Positions 35,101 to 45,899 are shown, counted from the first letter of the stretch. The stretch is DNA of 64,000 bases from an uncultured Actinomycetota bacterium (GCA_963717855.1 CAVQXF010000009.1:371426-435425); one strand, 5' to 3'. The notes: generated by a model not told the origin, from the letters alone. Program-made: numbers and translations.

Positions 35101-36977
35101 CGCACCCGGACGCCGCGGCGCCGCCGGCCCGTGCTGGACGTAGCGTGTAGCGACCAGGCCGTCGTCCCGGTCGCCGGGTGCCAGGTGGCGCCGCCGTCGG
35201 TCGAGACCTCGACGCCGGCGACGACACCGCCGCCGGTGTCGGCGGCGGTGCCGGTCACGGTGACCGACGCGCCGTTGGCCACGGCCGCGCCGGCCGCCGG
35301 CGCGGTGATCGCGACGGTCGGACCCGCCGTGTCGGTCGACTTGGTCGCGGCGTCAGGCCCGCCATCAGGGTCGTCGGCTGGGCGCCCATGTCGGCGAAGC
35401 AGGTTGACCTGGGCCTGCTGCATCCGCGCGTCCGCCGGCTCGGCGGCGTACGGGCGTGTCGTGCTCCTCGTCGAGGCCCCAGGTCCACTGGACGGTGCCG
35501 GCGCCGAAGACGAGCGCACCGCTGGCCGCGCGGTACATCGTGAGGTGGTGGGTCGTCGTGCCCGGCGCCGACCGTGTTGCCGAAGTCGTGCAGGTACTCC
35601 GGCGATCGGACCGGTGGTGGTCGACAGCCGGATCAGGCCCGGCGGCCGCGAGCCGTTGTCGATGGTCCTCGTCGGACTCGTAGCCGACGGTGTGCGGAGC
35701 CAGCGCGCGTGCTCGCCGCCGTCATCGATGGCCAGCGCTGGTGTTGCGCCACAGCCGCAGCTTGCCCTCGGCCGCGCTCACCGTGACCGGGAGGTCGCGT
35801 GAAGTTCGACATGTAGATCGTGCCGGTCAGCGCGTTCTCCGGCGGCCGCCGCCCTGCGCTCTTCGGCGCGAAGCGCGGGTCGCGCCAGGTGCCGGTCCAC
35901 TCGCTGCGACGGGTCGATCTTGGCGTTGGCCCAGGTCTCCTTGTAGACGACCAGGGTCCGGTACGCCGTGTGGCTGGCGTCCGCCGACGGCCTCGTAGCG
36001 GGTCCTCCAGTAGACCTCGTTGCCGCTGAGGAACTGCAGGTTGACGCCGGCGTCGCGCGCCGCCTCGACGTTGGCGCGCTGCGCGCCGCTCCAGTACTCG
36101 TCGTGCCCGACCGACAGGAACGTCTTGTGGTTCTTGAGCAGCGCGCCGTAGCGGTCGGTGTCGACGCCGGCCATGTAGCTGACGTCGTAGCCGTTGCGCT
36201 CCAGGAACCGCACCAGCGGGTACTCGTTGGCGAAGAAGAAGTCGCGGCCGCCGGTGCCGTCGCGGGTCAGCGACCGGCCGGTTGTAGCTGATCTTGTAGG
36301 CGCGGCCGTTGGCGGCGCCCTGGTAGAAGTCCGAGCCGCCGTAGTTGTTGTAGGCCTGCCACGTCGGGTCGGAGGTCTGGAAGACGACGTCGGAGTGGCT
36401 GGAGTCGTCGCGCACGATGAAGGTGATGTGGCTGGAGTCGTCGCGTGTCCGCGCGGTGGAGCAGGGCGATGTAGACGCCCGAGACCGCCGTGCTCGGCAC
36501 GTTCCAGGAGGCCGAGACCGCCCAGTTGCCGCAGTCGTAGAGCTCGGTGGTGGCGTCGGTGATGCACTGCGGCTGGCGTCTGCGGCAGCGTCGCGGACGG
36601 CGTGACCGTGGCGATCTGCCGAGCGCCGTCGCCGCCGTAGTAGCCGATGCGGTAGATCGTGATCGCAGTACGCCGAGGCGTCGGTGTCGATCTTGAAGTC
36701 GATCCGCGAGCCGACGTTGACGCTGATGTCGGTGGAGAAGCCCTGGATCGACGTCGTCGCCCGGCCCGTCGATGTCCCACACGCTCGGGGCGTGCCGGGC
36801 TTGCTGTTCTCGCACGAGATCTTGTTGCCGCTGGGACCGCACGGGTCGATCGCCGCGCGTCGCAGTGCTCGTCGTCACGACCGTCAGGCCGGCGAGGGCG
36901 AGGAGCATGACGACCCCGACCGCGATGCGGCGCGGGAAGCGCCGGCGGAGCGGATGACGGGTCGACTTCTTCGACAT
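32135..36977 (-). CDS. large exported protein: N,N-dimethylformamidase-beta-like domain, Ig-like domains and four DUF4082 repeats (heavily frameshifted)
   Basis: Signal peptide; TWQAYNNYGG, KISYNRP, RFLERNGYDVSY, SVGHDEYWS; four ELG..F..VTG/AIRFYKG..N.GTH.GSLW units, each ending in a (N/S)Y(F/L)VD motif. Confidence 0.8.
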
Positions 36978-36995
36978 GGCGTGTCTTCTTTCGTT

Positions 36996-37883
36996 TCAGT
37001 CCGTGCTCGCGGGCTGCGCCCGCGAGCTCTCGTCGCGCAACCAGGTGGTGAAGTCGCCGGTCCGCACTGCGCGGCGCGACTTCCAGCGGGCAACCAGCCC
37101 GATCCCGAGAAACAGGGGGATCCGGAGGCCGACCCGTGGGTCGTGGATCGCCATCCGGGCCAGCACCGCGGGCGTCGTGACCGACTCCCGGTGCCGGATC
37201 CCGAGATCAGTGGCCTGCGCGTTGCCGGTGACGACACGCACGCGCCGATTGAGCAGGTCTGCTGTCGTCCGCGGCGGACGTACGACGACCGTCGCCTCGT
37301 CCACGACACAGCGTTCGCGAGCCTCGAAGGCCTCCGACACCGCCAGGTCGTCGCTCATCACGTGGGGCAGCGCATCCACCCTGCGCTGACCCTCGGCCGA
37401 GAGCGCGACGGCTCCCCTGCCGAAGAGTCCGTGCCGCACCTGTGGCAGCCGCTCCCACACGCGGTAGTAGCTGCGCACCGGCCACGAGGACTGCTCGAGC
37501 GGCACCACTCGCGCCGGCGCCGCGGCATGGACGCCGCTCGCGGAGTCGAGTGGTCAAGGCGATGACATCGGCCCCCGAGATCGTCACGTCGGCGTCGAGG
37601 TGCAGCCGCGGGAACGCGCTCGCTGCTTCGTTGCCGACCTGTTGCGCCCTGGTCTTCGACGGCTCCGCGATCTCGATCACGCGTACGCCGTCGAACACGA
37701 CGGGCGATGTCGGCGGTGGCGTCCGTGCATCCGTTGCAGACGACGACCACCTCGAGGAGGCCCGGCTCGACGCCGGCCAGCAGGGCGCGCAGGTTGGACT
37801 CGATGACCTGCGCCTCGTCGTGGGCGGGGATGACGACACTCACGGCCGCCGGGTCCCCGGCCTGCCAGACTCTCGTCGTTCAT
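36996..37883 (-). CDS. glycosyltransferase family 2 (frameshifted)
   Basis: SVVIPAHDEA, VVCNGCTDATA, HLDADV, MSDDL. Confidence 0.85.
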
Positions 37884-38000
37884 CTCTCACCCCCCCGGGT
37901 CGTAGAAGTACGCAGGGTCCATCGGACCTGGACCCACTCGAGCCGAGGATCCTTCGACCGCCTCGCCGCACATGGCAGGAATCGACGCAGGTTCCCGCCT

Positions 38001-38030
38001 ATTGGGTATTCGACCGTCCACATTGGGTAT
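38001..38030. promoter_or_regulatory. direct repeat ATTGGGTAT (21-bp spacing) in a divergent promoter; putative regulator binding site
   Basis: ATTGGGTAT at 38001 and 38022; the same 8-mer occurs at 13332, 19181 (reverse) and 39157. Confidence 0.6.
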
Positions 38031-38080
38031 AGCGAGCCGGACACCGCACACCGGATCGCTCGATCCGTCGAACTCGTCGC

Positions 38081-39144
38081 ATGAGCCTGATGCAGGACCT
38101 GCTGCCCGAGCCCGACGCTGCACCAGTGCGTCGCCGCCACCCGATCCGCAACGCGATCATCGGGCTCGTGGTCTGTCTCCTGCTGCTCGCGATGATCCCC
38201 GTCGGCGCGTTCCTCTACTTCGAGCACCGACTGTCGGGCAACGTCACCCGCATCCACGGCGTCTTCGACGGCCTCGACAACCGGCCGACCAGGCCGGCGG
38301 CCGCTGCGGGCGACGCAGTCAACGTCCTGGTCGTCGGCACCGACCGACGCTCGAACGTCGCGACGACCGGCTCCGATGCCCGAGCGGACCCGGGCGCCCA
38401 GCGCAGCGACTCCCTGATGATCCTCCACATCGACGCCGACCGGCGCAGTGCGTCGATCATCTCGATCCCGCGCGACACCTGGGTCAACGTGCCCGGCACG
38501 GGATGAAGAAGATCAACGCCGCCTTCTCGTTCGCCGGGCCCTCGCTGACGATCGCAGACGGTCGAGTACCTGACGTCGGTCCGGATCGACCACCTCGCCG
38601 TCATCGACTGGTCCGGGCTTCGAGGCCCTGATCGACTCCGTCGGCGGCATCGACGTCACCGTGCCCGAGACGGTCACGACTCGGCCCGCGATCTCACCTG
38701 GACCGCCGGCGTCCACCACCTCGACGGCTCGCCAGGCCTCGGGTACGTCGGGCAGCGCTCGGCTGTCTCGGGCGACCTCGATCGCGTGGCACGGCAGCAG
38801 GTCGTGCTGCGCACCCTGATGCAGGACGCCCTGCACCAGGAGATGCGCAAGGACCCGCGGATGCTCTACGGCTTCCTCGACACCGTGACCAAGCACCTGT
38901 CGGTCGACGAGGAGTGGTCGAGCAGAACATGCTCGACCTCGGTGCTCTCGATGCGGAGACTTCAAATCGGCGAACCTGAGCTACCTGACGACGCCGGTCG
39001 CCGGGTTCGGCAGGGAGCGCGGCCAGAGCGTCGTGTACGCCGACCACGCGGCCGCTCGGTCTCTGGGGGCGGTCATCGCCGACGAGCTCGAGGACTGGAC
39101 CGCTCAGCACCCGAGCCGTCTGACGCCGTCCGTCGTCGAGCTGA
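38081..39144 (+). CDS. LCP (LytR-CpsA-Psr) glycopolymer-peptidoglycan ligase (frameshifted; end approximate)
   Basis: N-terminal TM; NVLVVGTDRR, QRSDSLMILHI, ISIPRDTWV, KINAAFSFAG, GDLDRVARQQ. Confidence 0.88.
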
Positions 39145-39216
39145 TCCGTCCCGACAATTGGGTAGCCAGACGGACAGCGTCCACATTTCGCACGATTCCG
39201 AGGCGTCATGGGTGTC

Positions 39217-39884
39217 ATGACGATCAGCCCGACTCGGATCCAGGCGACCGCCGACATCGACGACCGCGCGACCATCGGCAGCGACACCCTGGTCTGGCAC
39301 CACGCCCAGGTCCGTGAGCATGCCGTCGTCGGCGAGAGCTGCGTCATCGGCCGGGGTGCCTACATCGGGCCCGGCGTGATCATCGGCGACCGGTGCAAGA
39401 TCCAGAACTACGCCCTGGTCTACGAGCCGGCGTTCGTGGAGCGCGGTGCCTTCATCGGGCCCGCGGTCGTGTTCACGAACGACTACTTCCCGCGGGCGGT
39501 CACACCCGACGGCGAGCTGAAGAGCCCCGACGACTGGGAGCCGGTCGGGGTCCACGTCGGCGAAGGCGCGTCGATCGGTGCGCGGGCGGTGTGCGTCGCG
39601 CCCGTCAGCATCGGCCGCTGGGCGATGGTGGCCGCCGGGGCGGTCGTCACCCGCGACGTACCCGACTTCGCGCTGGTCGCCGGTGTGCCGGCACGCCGGG
39701 TCCGCTGGGTCGGTCACGCCGGCGCTCCGCTCGAGCCCGTCGGGCGCAACACGTTCGAGTGCCCGTTGACCAACCGACGCTACGTCGAGTGGAAGGGCCA
39801 GCTCGACGAGCAGGTCGCCACCGACGAAGGCCGTCCGGCACGACCCGCCGACCGTCGCGCTCCCTGCGGCACCGGGAGCCCTGA
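39217..39884 (+). CDS. WbpD/WlbB-like hexapeptide N-acetyltransferase (end approximate)
   Basis: VWHHAQVRE, CVIGRGAYIG, CKIQNYALVYE, FIGPAVVFTND, VTRDVPDFALVAGVPAR. Confidence 0.85.
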
Positions 39885-40029
39885 GCGACTCCTCCCCCAA
39901 TATGCGGTATCCGAGGTCGGATCGACTCTCGGGTCTCCGCCCTTCCCGCGACGGTGCTCGTGTGATGGGGGAGACGATCGACATCAGCGACACGACCAGG
40001 CACCAGACAGCAAGCACGACCGGCCGGGG

Positions 40030-40735
40030 ATGACCGACCCGCCGAGTCGGACCGGACGGGGACGCGTCAAGCAACGAGTGATGGTCCTCGACGACCACGC
40101 GCTGTTCGCCCAGTCGCTCGACCTCGCCCTCAGCAGGAGCGGGTACGACGTGCGCCAGGCCGAGCTGCCGGACAATCCCGGCCGGTCCGCGACGTTGCTC
40201 GCCCAGGTCTGCCGCGCGCATCCCGGCGATCGTCCTGCTCGACCTCGATCTCGGCTCCTTCGGCGACGGGGCCCGACTCATCCCGTCGCTCGTGCAGAGC
40301 GGGACGGCCGTCGTGGTGGTCACCGCCGACGAGGACAGGGCGCGCTGGGGCGAGTGCATGCTGTACGGCGCCCGCAAGGTCGTCAGGAAGTCGGGACCGC
40401 TGAACGAGATCCTCGCGACCCTGCGGCGCCTCGGCGAGAACCTCCCCGTGCTCGAGCCCGGTGAGCGCGAGGAGCTGGTGCGGACCTGGCACGAGCACCG
40501 GGTGCACCAGCAGGCCATGCGATCGCGCTTCGACCAGCTCACCAACCGTGAGGCTGAGGTGCTCGGACACCTCACCCACGGCCGCACCGTCCGTGACATC
40601 GCCCGGGTCTCGGTGGTCTCGGAGGCCACCGTGCGCACCCAGGTGAAGGCCATCCTGTCCAAGCTCGGCGTCTGCTCGCAGCTCGCGGCCGTCGGCATCG
40701 CCAACCAGCTGGACTGGCGCTCTCCCGTCGACTGA
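40030..40735 (+). CDS. NarL/LuxR-family response regulator, orphan (frameshifted)
   Basis: VMVLDDH, VLLDLDLG, VVVVTA, and HTH LTNREAEVL..VSEATVRTQVKAILSKL. Confidence 0.88.
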
Positions 40736-40850
40736 ACCGGCCCGGCCGATGTGCCCCATTTGAGGCATGTTCACCGCATGCCGCCGCACCCGGCCCCGGA
40801 CCGACCCTACGTTTGCCGCCGTCCGACACCAAGGAGCGAGCGTGACCTCG

Positions 40851-42263
40851 ATGACCACCATGACGCAGCTGACGGCAGCGGCTGGCCCGCGGCCGCGAGC
40901 CGCGCATGGGCTCGAGGGTCTCGCCTCGTCAGCCGGGCACCGGGTGCCGTGGGTGCTGGTCGCGGACGTCGTCGGCGCACTCACCGCGATGTTGGCGGTG
41001 ATGGCTCTCGGCGTCCTGCCGCCGGCGCTCGTGGCGCCGGCCACGGTGACCTGGCTCCTGGTCCTGAGCATCCAGACCTCAGGCGCGGGTGGGCAGCTGA
41101 CCCGTCACGTGCGCGGGGTGCTCTCGGCCGGCCTGGTCCTGGGCGGAGTCTGCTGGCTGGCCCCGCTGGTCGCCTCGGTGCCTGCCAGTGCCCGTCAGGT
41201 GGCCGCGGCCGCCGGCATCGTCGTCGCCAACGCGTTGTGCGCACGTGTCATCAGCGTCGCAGCCGTGGCCCACACCCAGGTCAAGCGCATCGTCGTCGTC
41301 GGATCGGGGGCTGATGTCGCCACGACGCTGGCGGAGGTCCGTCGCGCAGGCGGCAGCAGGTGGATGGTGGTCGGCGCCTGCGTCGACGACGTCTCCCACG
41401 ACCTCGGGCTCCCGGCCAACGAGGTGACCGGCCTCGACCGGGTCGCCGAGTCCGCCTTCCTGCTCGGCGCGGACGCCGTGCTGGCACTGCCCTCCGAGCG
41501 CCTCGCACCGACAACGCTTCGCCGTCTCGCCTGGCAGCTGGAGGGCACCGGCACCGAGCTGTACGTCGGCACCGGCGTCCTCGACGTCGCTCCCACCCGG
41601 ACCGCGCTCGCCCAGATCGGCGGCCTGGGTCTGCTGCAGGTGCAGGCCGCGCCCCGCAAGGGCTTCCGGCACTTCCTGAAGGACGTCACCGAGCGGGCGG
41701 CGTGCGTGCTGATGGTCATCGCCTTCCTGCCGCTGTTCGTCGGCATCGCGATCGCCGTCCGTCTGGACTCGGCAGGACCCGCGATCTTCCGGCAGCAGCG
41801 CGTCGGGCGCGACGGACGGACGTTCGTGATGTACAAGTTCCGCACCATGTCCACCGACGCGGCAGCGGTCAAGGCGACCCTCGCACCCCAGAACGACTGC
41901 GACGGTGTCCTGTTCAAGATGCGCGCCGACCCTCGCATCACCCGGCTCGGGAAGGTGCTCCGTCGCTACTCGCTCGACGAGCTTCCCCAGCTCTTCAACG
42001 TGATCCGCGGCAGCATGTCGCTGGTCGGACCCCGGCCGGCACTGCCGGACGAGGTCAGTCGCTACACCGTCGACCCGAGCCGCCGCCTGGTCGTCAAGCC
42101 CGGCGTCACCGGCCTGTGGCAGGTCTCCGGCCGCTCCGACCTCACCTGGGAGGAGTCGGTCCGGCTCGACATCCGCTACGTCGACAACTGGTCCCTGGCC
42201 CTGGACGTCTCCATCGTCCTCCGCACTCTCGGGGCGGTGCTCGGACATCGCGGCGCCTACTGA
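40851..42263 (+). CDS. polyprenyl glycosylphosphotransferase (priming sugar transferase)
   Basis: N-terminal TMs; FRQQRVGRDG, YKFRTM, DPRITRLG, SLDELPQL, MSLVGPRP, PGVTGLWQVSGRS. Confidence 0.95.
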   Translation: MTTMTQLTAAAGPRPRAAHGLEGLASSAGHRVPWVLVADVVGALTAMLAVMALGVLPPALVAPATVTWLLVLSIQTSGAGGQLTRHVRGVLSAGLVLGGVCWLAPLVASVPASARQVAAAAGIVVANALCARVISVAAVAHTQVKRIVVVGSGADVATTLAEVRRAGGSRWMVVGACVDDVSHDLGLPANEVTGLDRVAESAFLLGADAVLALPSERLAPTTLRRLAWQLEGTGTELYVGTGVLDVAPTRTALAQIGGLGLLQVQAAPRKGFRHFLKDVTERAACVLMVIAFLPLFVGIAIAVRLDSAGPAIFRQQRVGRDGRTFVMYKFRTMSTDAAAVKATLAPQNDCDGVLFKMRADPRITRLGKVLRRYSLDELPQLFNVIRGSMSLVGPRPALPDEVSRYTVDPSRRLVVKPGVTGLWQVSGRSDLTWEESVRLDIRYVDNWSLALDVSIVLRTLGAVLGHRGAY

Positions 42264-42266
42264 CCT

Positions 42267-42285
42267 CCCCGTCCTTCGGACGGGG
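42267..42285 (+). terminator. GC-rich hairpin after the priming transferase
   Basis: ccccgtcc-ttc-ggacgggg immediately after the TGA. Confidence 0.5.
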
Positions 42286-42343
42286 TCACCGAGCGGCCCG
42301 TCGGCCGCACCCACCCCACGAGAGCAGCTGGCGCGCGCATCAG

Positions 42344-42875
42344 TCACACACGTCCCCCCACGGACTGATGTCGCTCGTTGCCGCAACGGTCACTCGATGA
42401 CCGGGCTCTCCTCGGGCGGGTGCGGCCGGCGGGCTCCCACCACGGGTACGGCGCCTCGCCGCCGAGCCGGTTCAGAGGTCGGCCGGCCCCGACCTCCGCG
42501 TCCGAGCGCAGGATGCAGAACTCGTTGCCCTCCGGATCCGCCAGGACCACCCACCCGGTGCCGGGGCCGTACTTCCCTCGTTGATCGGCCACCACGGTGG
42601 CGCCGTGCACCAGCAGGGTCTCGAGCTCCTCGTCACGGGTGGCCGAGCGCGGGCGCAGGTCGAGGTGCAGCCGGTTCTTCACGGTCTTCGCGCTCCGGCA
42701 CCTCGATGAAGAGCAGCTGATGGCCGGTCTCGGGGTCCCGGATCATGCACTCGTCGTGTCCGGGGAGGTTGGGGTCGCCGTCGATGTCGACGTAGCCGAG
42801 GACGGGCTTCCACCACTCGGACAGCCCGTAGGCGTTGGCGCAGTCGACGGTCGTGTGCGAGATGAAGGCGGTCAC
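42344..42875 (-). CDS. VOC / glyoxalase-family protein (frameshifted; end approximate)
   Basis: TTVDCANAYGLSEWW, LLFIEVPE, KNRLHLDLRP, WVVLADPEGNEFCIL. Confidence 0.85.
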
Positions 42876-42922
42876 CGCGCCAGCCTGCTGCAGGCGACGG
42901 CGACACCTCAACGGGTTAAGCG

Positions 42923-42992
42923 GGGAGCGGGTCTCGCCAGGGGGTGCACCCGGCGAGACCCGCTCCCTCCGCCGGGGGGTGCACCCGGCGGG
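42923..42992 (-). terminator. double hairpin downstream of pstB
   Basis: 16-bp perfect stem gggagcgggtctcgcc (42923-42938) / ggcgagacccgctccc (42952-42967), plus a second stem-loop at about 42969-42992. Confidence 0.6.
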
Positions 42993-43013
42993 TCTGGGGG
43001 AAGGCCGTCGGCG

Positions 43014-43895
43014 TCAGCCGAAGCGGCCGTTCACGTAGTCGGAGGTGCGCTGGTCCTGGGGGTTCTCGAAGATCGCCTCGGTCGAGCCGTGCTCGACGAT
43101 CACGCCCGGCGTGCCGTGCGCTGCGAGGAAGAACGCGCACTGGTCGGAGACCCGCTGCGCCTGCTGCATGTTGTGGGTCACGATCACGATCGTCACGTCC
43201 GCGGCGATCTCCGTGATGGTCTCCTCGACCACCCGGGTGGAGGTCGGGTCGAGCGCTGAACAGGGCTCGTCCATCAGCAGCACCCGCGGACGGACCGCCA
43301 AGGACCGGGCGATGCACAACCGCTGCTGCTGGCCGCCCGACAGCGCAGACCCGGGCTGCTTGAGCCGGTCGCGGACCTCACTCCAGAGACCGGCGCGGGT
43401 GAGGGAGTCCTCGACCAGGCCGTCGCGCTCGGACTTGGGGATCTTCACACCGGTCAGGTGCAGGCCCGCCAGCACGTTGTCGCGGATCGACATCGCCGGG
43501 AACGGGTTGGGCTTCTGGAAGACCATCCCGATCGCCTTGCGCGCATCGGTCAGCCGACGCTCGGCCGCATAGATGTCCTGGCCGTCGAGCCGCACCTCGC
43601 CGGCGAGCGCTGCGCTCGGCACCAGCTCGTGCATCCGGTTCAGGATGCGCAGGAAGGTCGACTTGCCGCAGCCCGACGGACCGATCAGGGCAGTCACCTT
43701 GCCGGCGGGCATGTCGATGCTCACGCGGTCCAGCACCTTGCGCTTGCCGAACCAGGCCGAGACCCGCTCCGCCTCCAGACCCGCCGCCGTCGACGGTCGA
43801 ACGACCGGGATCGTCGTGGTCTCGTCGGACACCGCTGCGGCGACCGCCGGCAGCACCTCGGTCATCTCACTCATCGCACCCTGCACCCCTGTCAC
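43014..43895 (-). CDS. pstB: phosphate ABC transporter ATPase PstB
   Basis: GPSGCGKST, MVFQKPNPFP, LSGGQQQRLCIAR, LLMDEPCSALDP, VTHNMQQA, DYVNGRFG. Confidence 0.95.
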   Translation of the reverse strand: MTGVQGAMSEMTEVLPAVAAAVSDETTTIPVVRPSTAAGLEAERVSAWFGKRKVLDRVSIDMPAGKVTALIGPSGCGKSTFLRILNRMHELVPSAALAGEVRLDGQDIYAAERRLTDARKAIGMVFQKPNPFPAMSIRDNVLAGLHLTGVKIPKSERDGLVEDSLTRAGLWSEVRDRLKQPGSALSGGQQQRLCIARSLAVRPRVLLMDEPCSALDPTSTRVVEETITEIAADVTIVIVTHNMQQAQRVSDQCAFFLAAHGTPGVIVEHGSTEAIFENPQDQRTSDYVNGRFG

Positions 43896-43978
43896 TACTC
43901 GTCCCTCAGCCGATCCGGTGCTCCCGTGTGGTGCCGGCGGCAGAACGCCGGCACCACACGGTCGCGTCGATCACGACG

Positions 43979-45206
43979 TCACTTGGCCTTGACCTTGAGC
44001 TTGACGGCCTTCGAGGTCGCCCCCGTGTAGTGCGCATCGCCCGCGTAGACGACGGTGGCCGTCCAGGTGCCCTTGGCCAGCTTGGGCAGCTTGACCTTCG
44101 CGCTGCCCGACCTGATCGTCAGGTTCACCTTCTTCGTCACCCGGCCCTTCTTGAGGACCACCTGGCCCTTGCCACCGGCCTTGGCCAGACCGCTGGCGGT
44201 CGGGACCGTGACGGTGGCAGTGCCGCCCTTCCTGGCGGTCGGCACCTTGGTCACCTTGAGGGCCGGCCTGCCCGACACCGCCTTGGCGACGGCGAAGGTC
44301 TTCGCAGCCGACTGCGACGGGCTGAAGGCCTTGGCGACACCGGCGTAGACGACCTTCAGGGCCCGGCTCACCCGGCTGGAGCGCGACCTTCGGGACCGTG
44401 AGCGTCGCCGTGCCCGTCGACGTCAGCGTCGCCGTGCTCAGCGTCGTCGACCCCGTCACCAGTCGCACGCTGCCCGACGGCTTGGCGGTGCCGGAGGCGG
44501 CCTTCACCGTCGCCCTCACCGTGGCGGCCGTGCCGTAGGTGATCTTCGCCGGCCAGGTCACCGTCACCGACGTGGCGACCGGAGTCGGGTCCGGCGGCAC
44601 CTCGTCACCCAGGATCGGCGCGGTGGTGGTCGTCCAGGTGGAGCCGGAGACCTTGACGTACGCCGCGGCGTACGCGTTGCTCACCCCGGCGGTCGCCGAG
44701 CTGGTGCGCAGCCGCAGCTCGTAGACGCCGGCGAAGCTCGCTCCGGCCTCGTTGTTGGGCAGTGCGGCCACGACGTCGGCCAGGGTGTATCCATCGGCCG
44801 TCGTCGCGACGTACGGCTTGCCCGTCAGCGCCGCGGGGGCGCTCACAGCCCCGGCGCCGCTGAACCTGTCCGTACCCGTCACCTGGACGCCGGGCCAGGC
44901 GCCCGGCGCGGTGCTCGACTGCGGCAGGTGGACGAAGAGGGAGGCGTACGCGTCCCCCGCCCGGACCGCGTCCCCGGCTGCGGCGAAGGCCGCGATCGGG
45001 GTCGTCGTGCTTCCGGAGGTGATCTCCGTGCCAGCGGCGTTGTAGAGCTTCAGGGGGACGGTGGTCTTGTCGTGGTCGGCCACCGTGGCGTTGCCGCCGG
45101 TGTACCAGTCGTCGGCGCCTGCGCCGACGGCGATGCCGCCGACCGTGGTCACCGCGAGGGCAAGGCCCACCGCGGCGACCCACGTCTTCTTCACTGGGAT
45201 CCTCAT
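43979..45206 (-). CDS. secreted protein: unknown N-terminal domain plus Ig-like (Big_3-type) domains with K-rich C-terminus (one frameshift near 44371)
   Basis: Signal peptide MRIPVKKTWVAAVGLAL; Ig-like VTYG..ATV..PSGSVRL..TLTSTGTATLTV and VVYAGDAHY. Confidence 0.75.
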
Positions 45207-45256
45207 GCTGTTCTCCTTGGAAAGTCTGGGGTGGCCACCGGGCCGGCCGATCGGGG

Positions 45257-45865
45257 TCATGGGACGAGTGCGGACTGAGCATCGGCGCAGGAGGCGGTGC
45301 CGCCCCGGACGAGCTCCCAGTCGTCACCGTCGACCCGGAGGTCGGCCGTGTCGTAGGGCTCGTCCGAGAGGGTGCCCGCCGCTGGGGTGCCGAGGTAGAG
45401 CCGCAGCTGCACGTAGCCGTCGTAGTCCGCCGGGAAGGCGGTGACGAAGTCACCGATCGACCAGGCGTTCTCCTCGACCAGCGCCGCCGGACGCTTCGGG
45501 TCTGCGAACTCGCTGGCCGCCGTGATGGCAGTGCCGCTGAACTCGCTGGTCGCCACACCCTCGCGCGGTTGGTACGCGTAGAGGGTGGCGACCGCCCCGG
45601 TCGGCTCCTGGTTCGACGGCAGTGCCGTCTCCCCCAGCGCGACGTCGGCGAACGGCTGGTCGTCGACCTTGCCCCCGGTGACGGCCTTGCCGTCAGCCGA
45701 GCACAGGGTGATCGAGCCGGCCGAGCGCGCGTCGTCGTACGGCGCCGTGGCGTCCTCGCTGGTGACCCGCCAGAAGACGAGCACGGCCGCGACCACGACG
45801 ACGACGCCCACGACAGCCAGCACGGCTGGCCGTCGGGATCGGGTGCGGGTGGTGGTCGTGGTCAT
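45257..45865 (-). CDS. hypothetical membrane-anchored exported protein
   Basis: N-terminal TM; its domain is paralogous to the N-terminal domain of 43979-45206. Confidence 0.75.
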   Translation of the reverse strand: MTTTTTRTRSRRPAVLAVVGVVVVVAAVLVFWRVTSEDATAPYDDARSAGSITLCSADGKAVTGGKVDDQPFADVALGETALPSNQEPTGAVATLYAYQPREGVATSEFSGTAITAASEFADPKRPAALVEENAWSIGDFVTAFPADYDGYVQLRLYLGTPAAGTLSDEPYDTADLRVDGDDWELVRGGTASCADAQSALVP

Positions 45866-45899
45866 GGTGTGCCTGTCTCCTGTCGGCCGGATGCCCGGC

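Noticed and set aside
39208-40464. Acetyltransferase-response regulator fusion ORF
   Set aside because: The linker reads like translated intergenic DNA, and a stop exists in a neighbouring frame at 39882-39884; probably an indel artefact.
4500-42900. Widespread pseudogenisation or programmed frameshifting
   Set aside because: Indels are densest in patches (about 4.5-11 kb and 32-37 kb) and hit all gene types while catalytic motifs stay intact. This is typical of low-coverage long-read error; read-level polishing would settle it.
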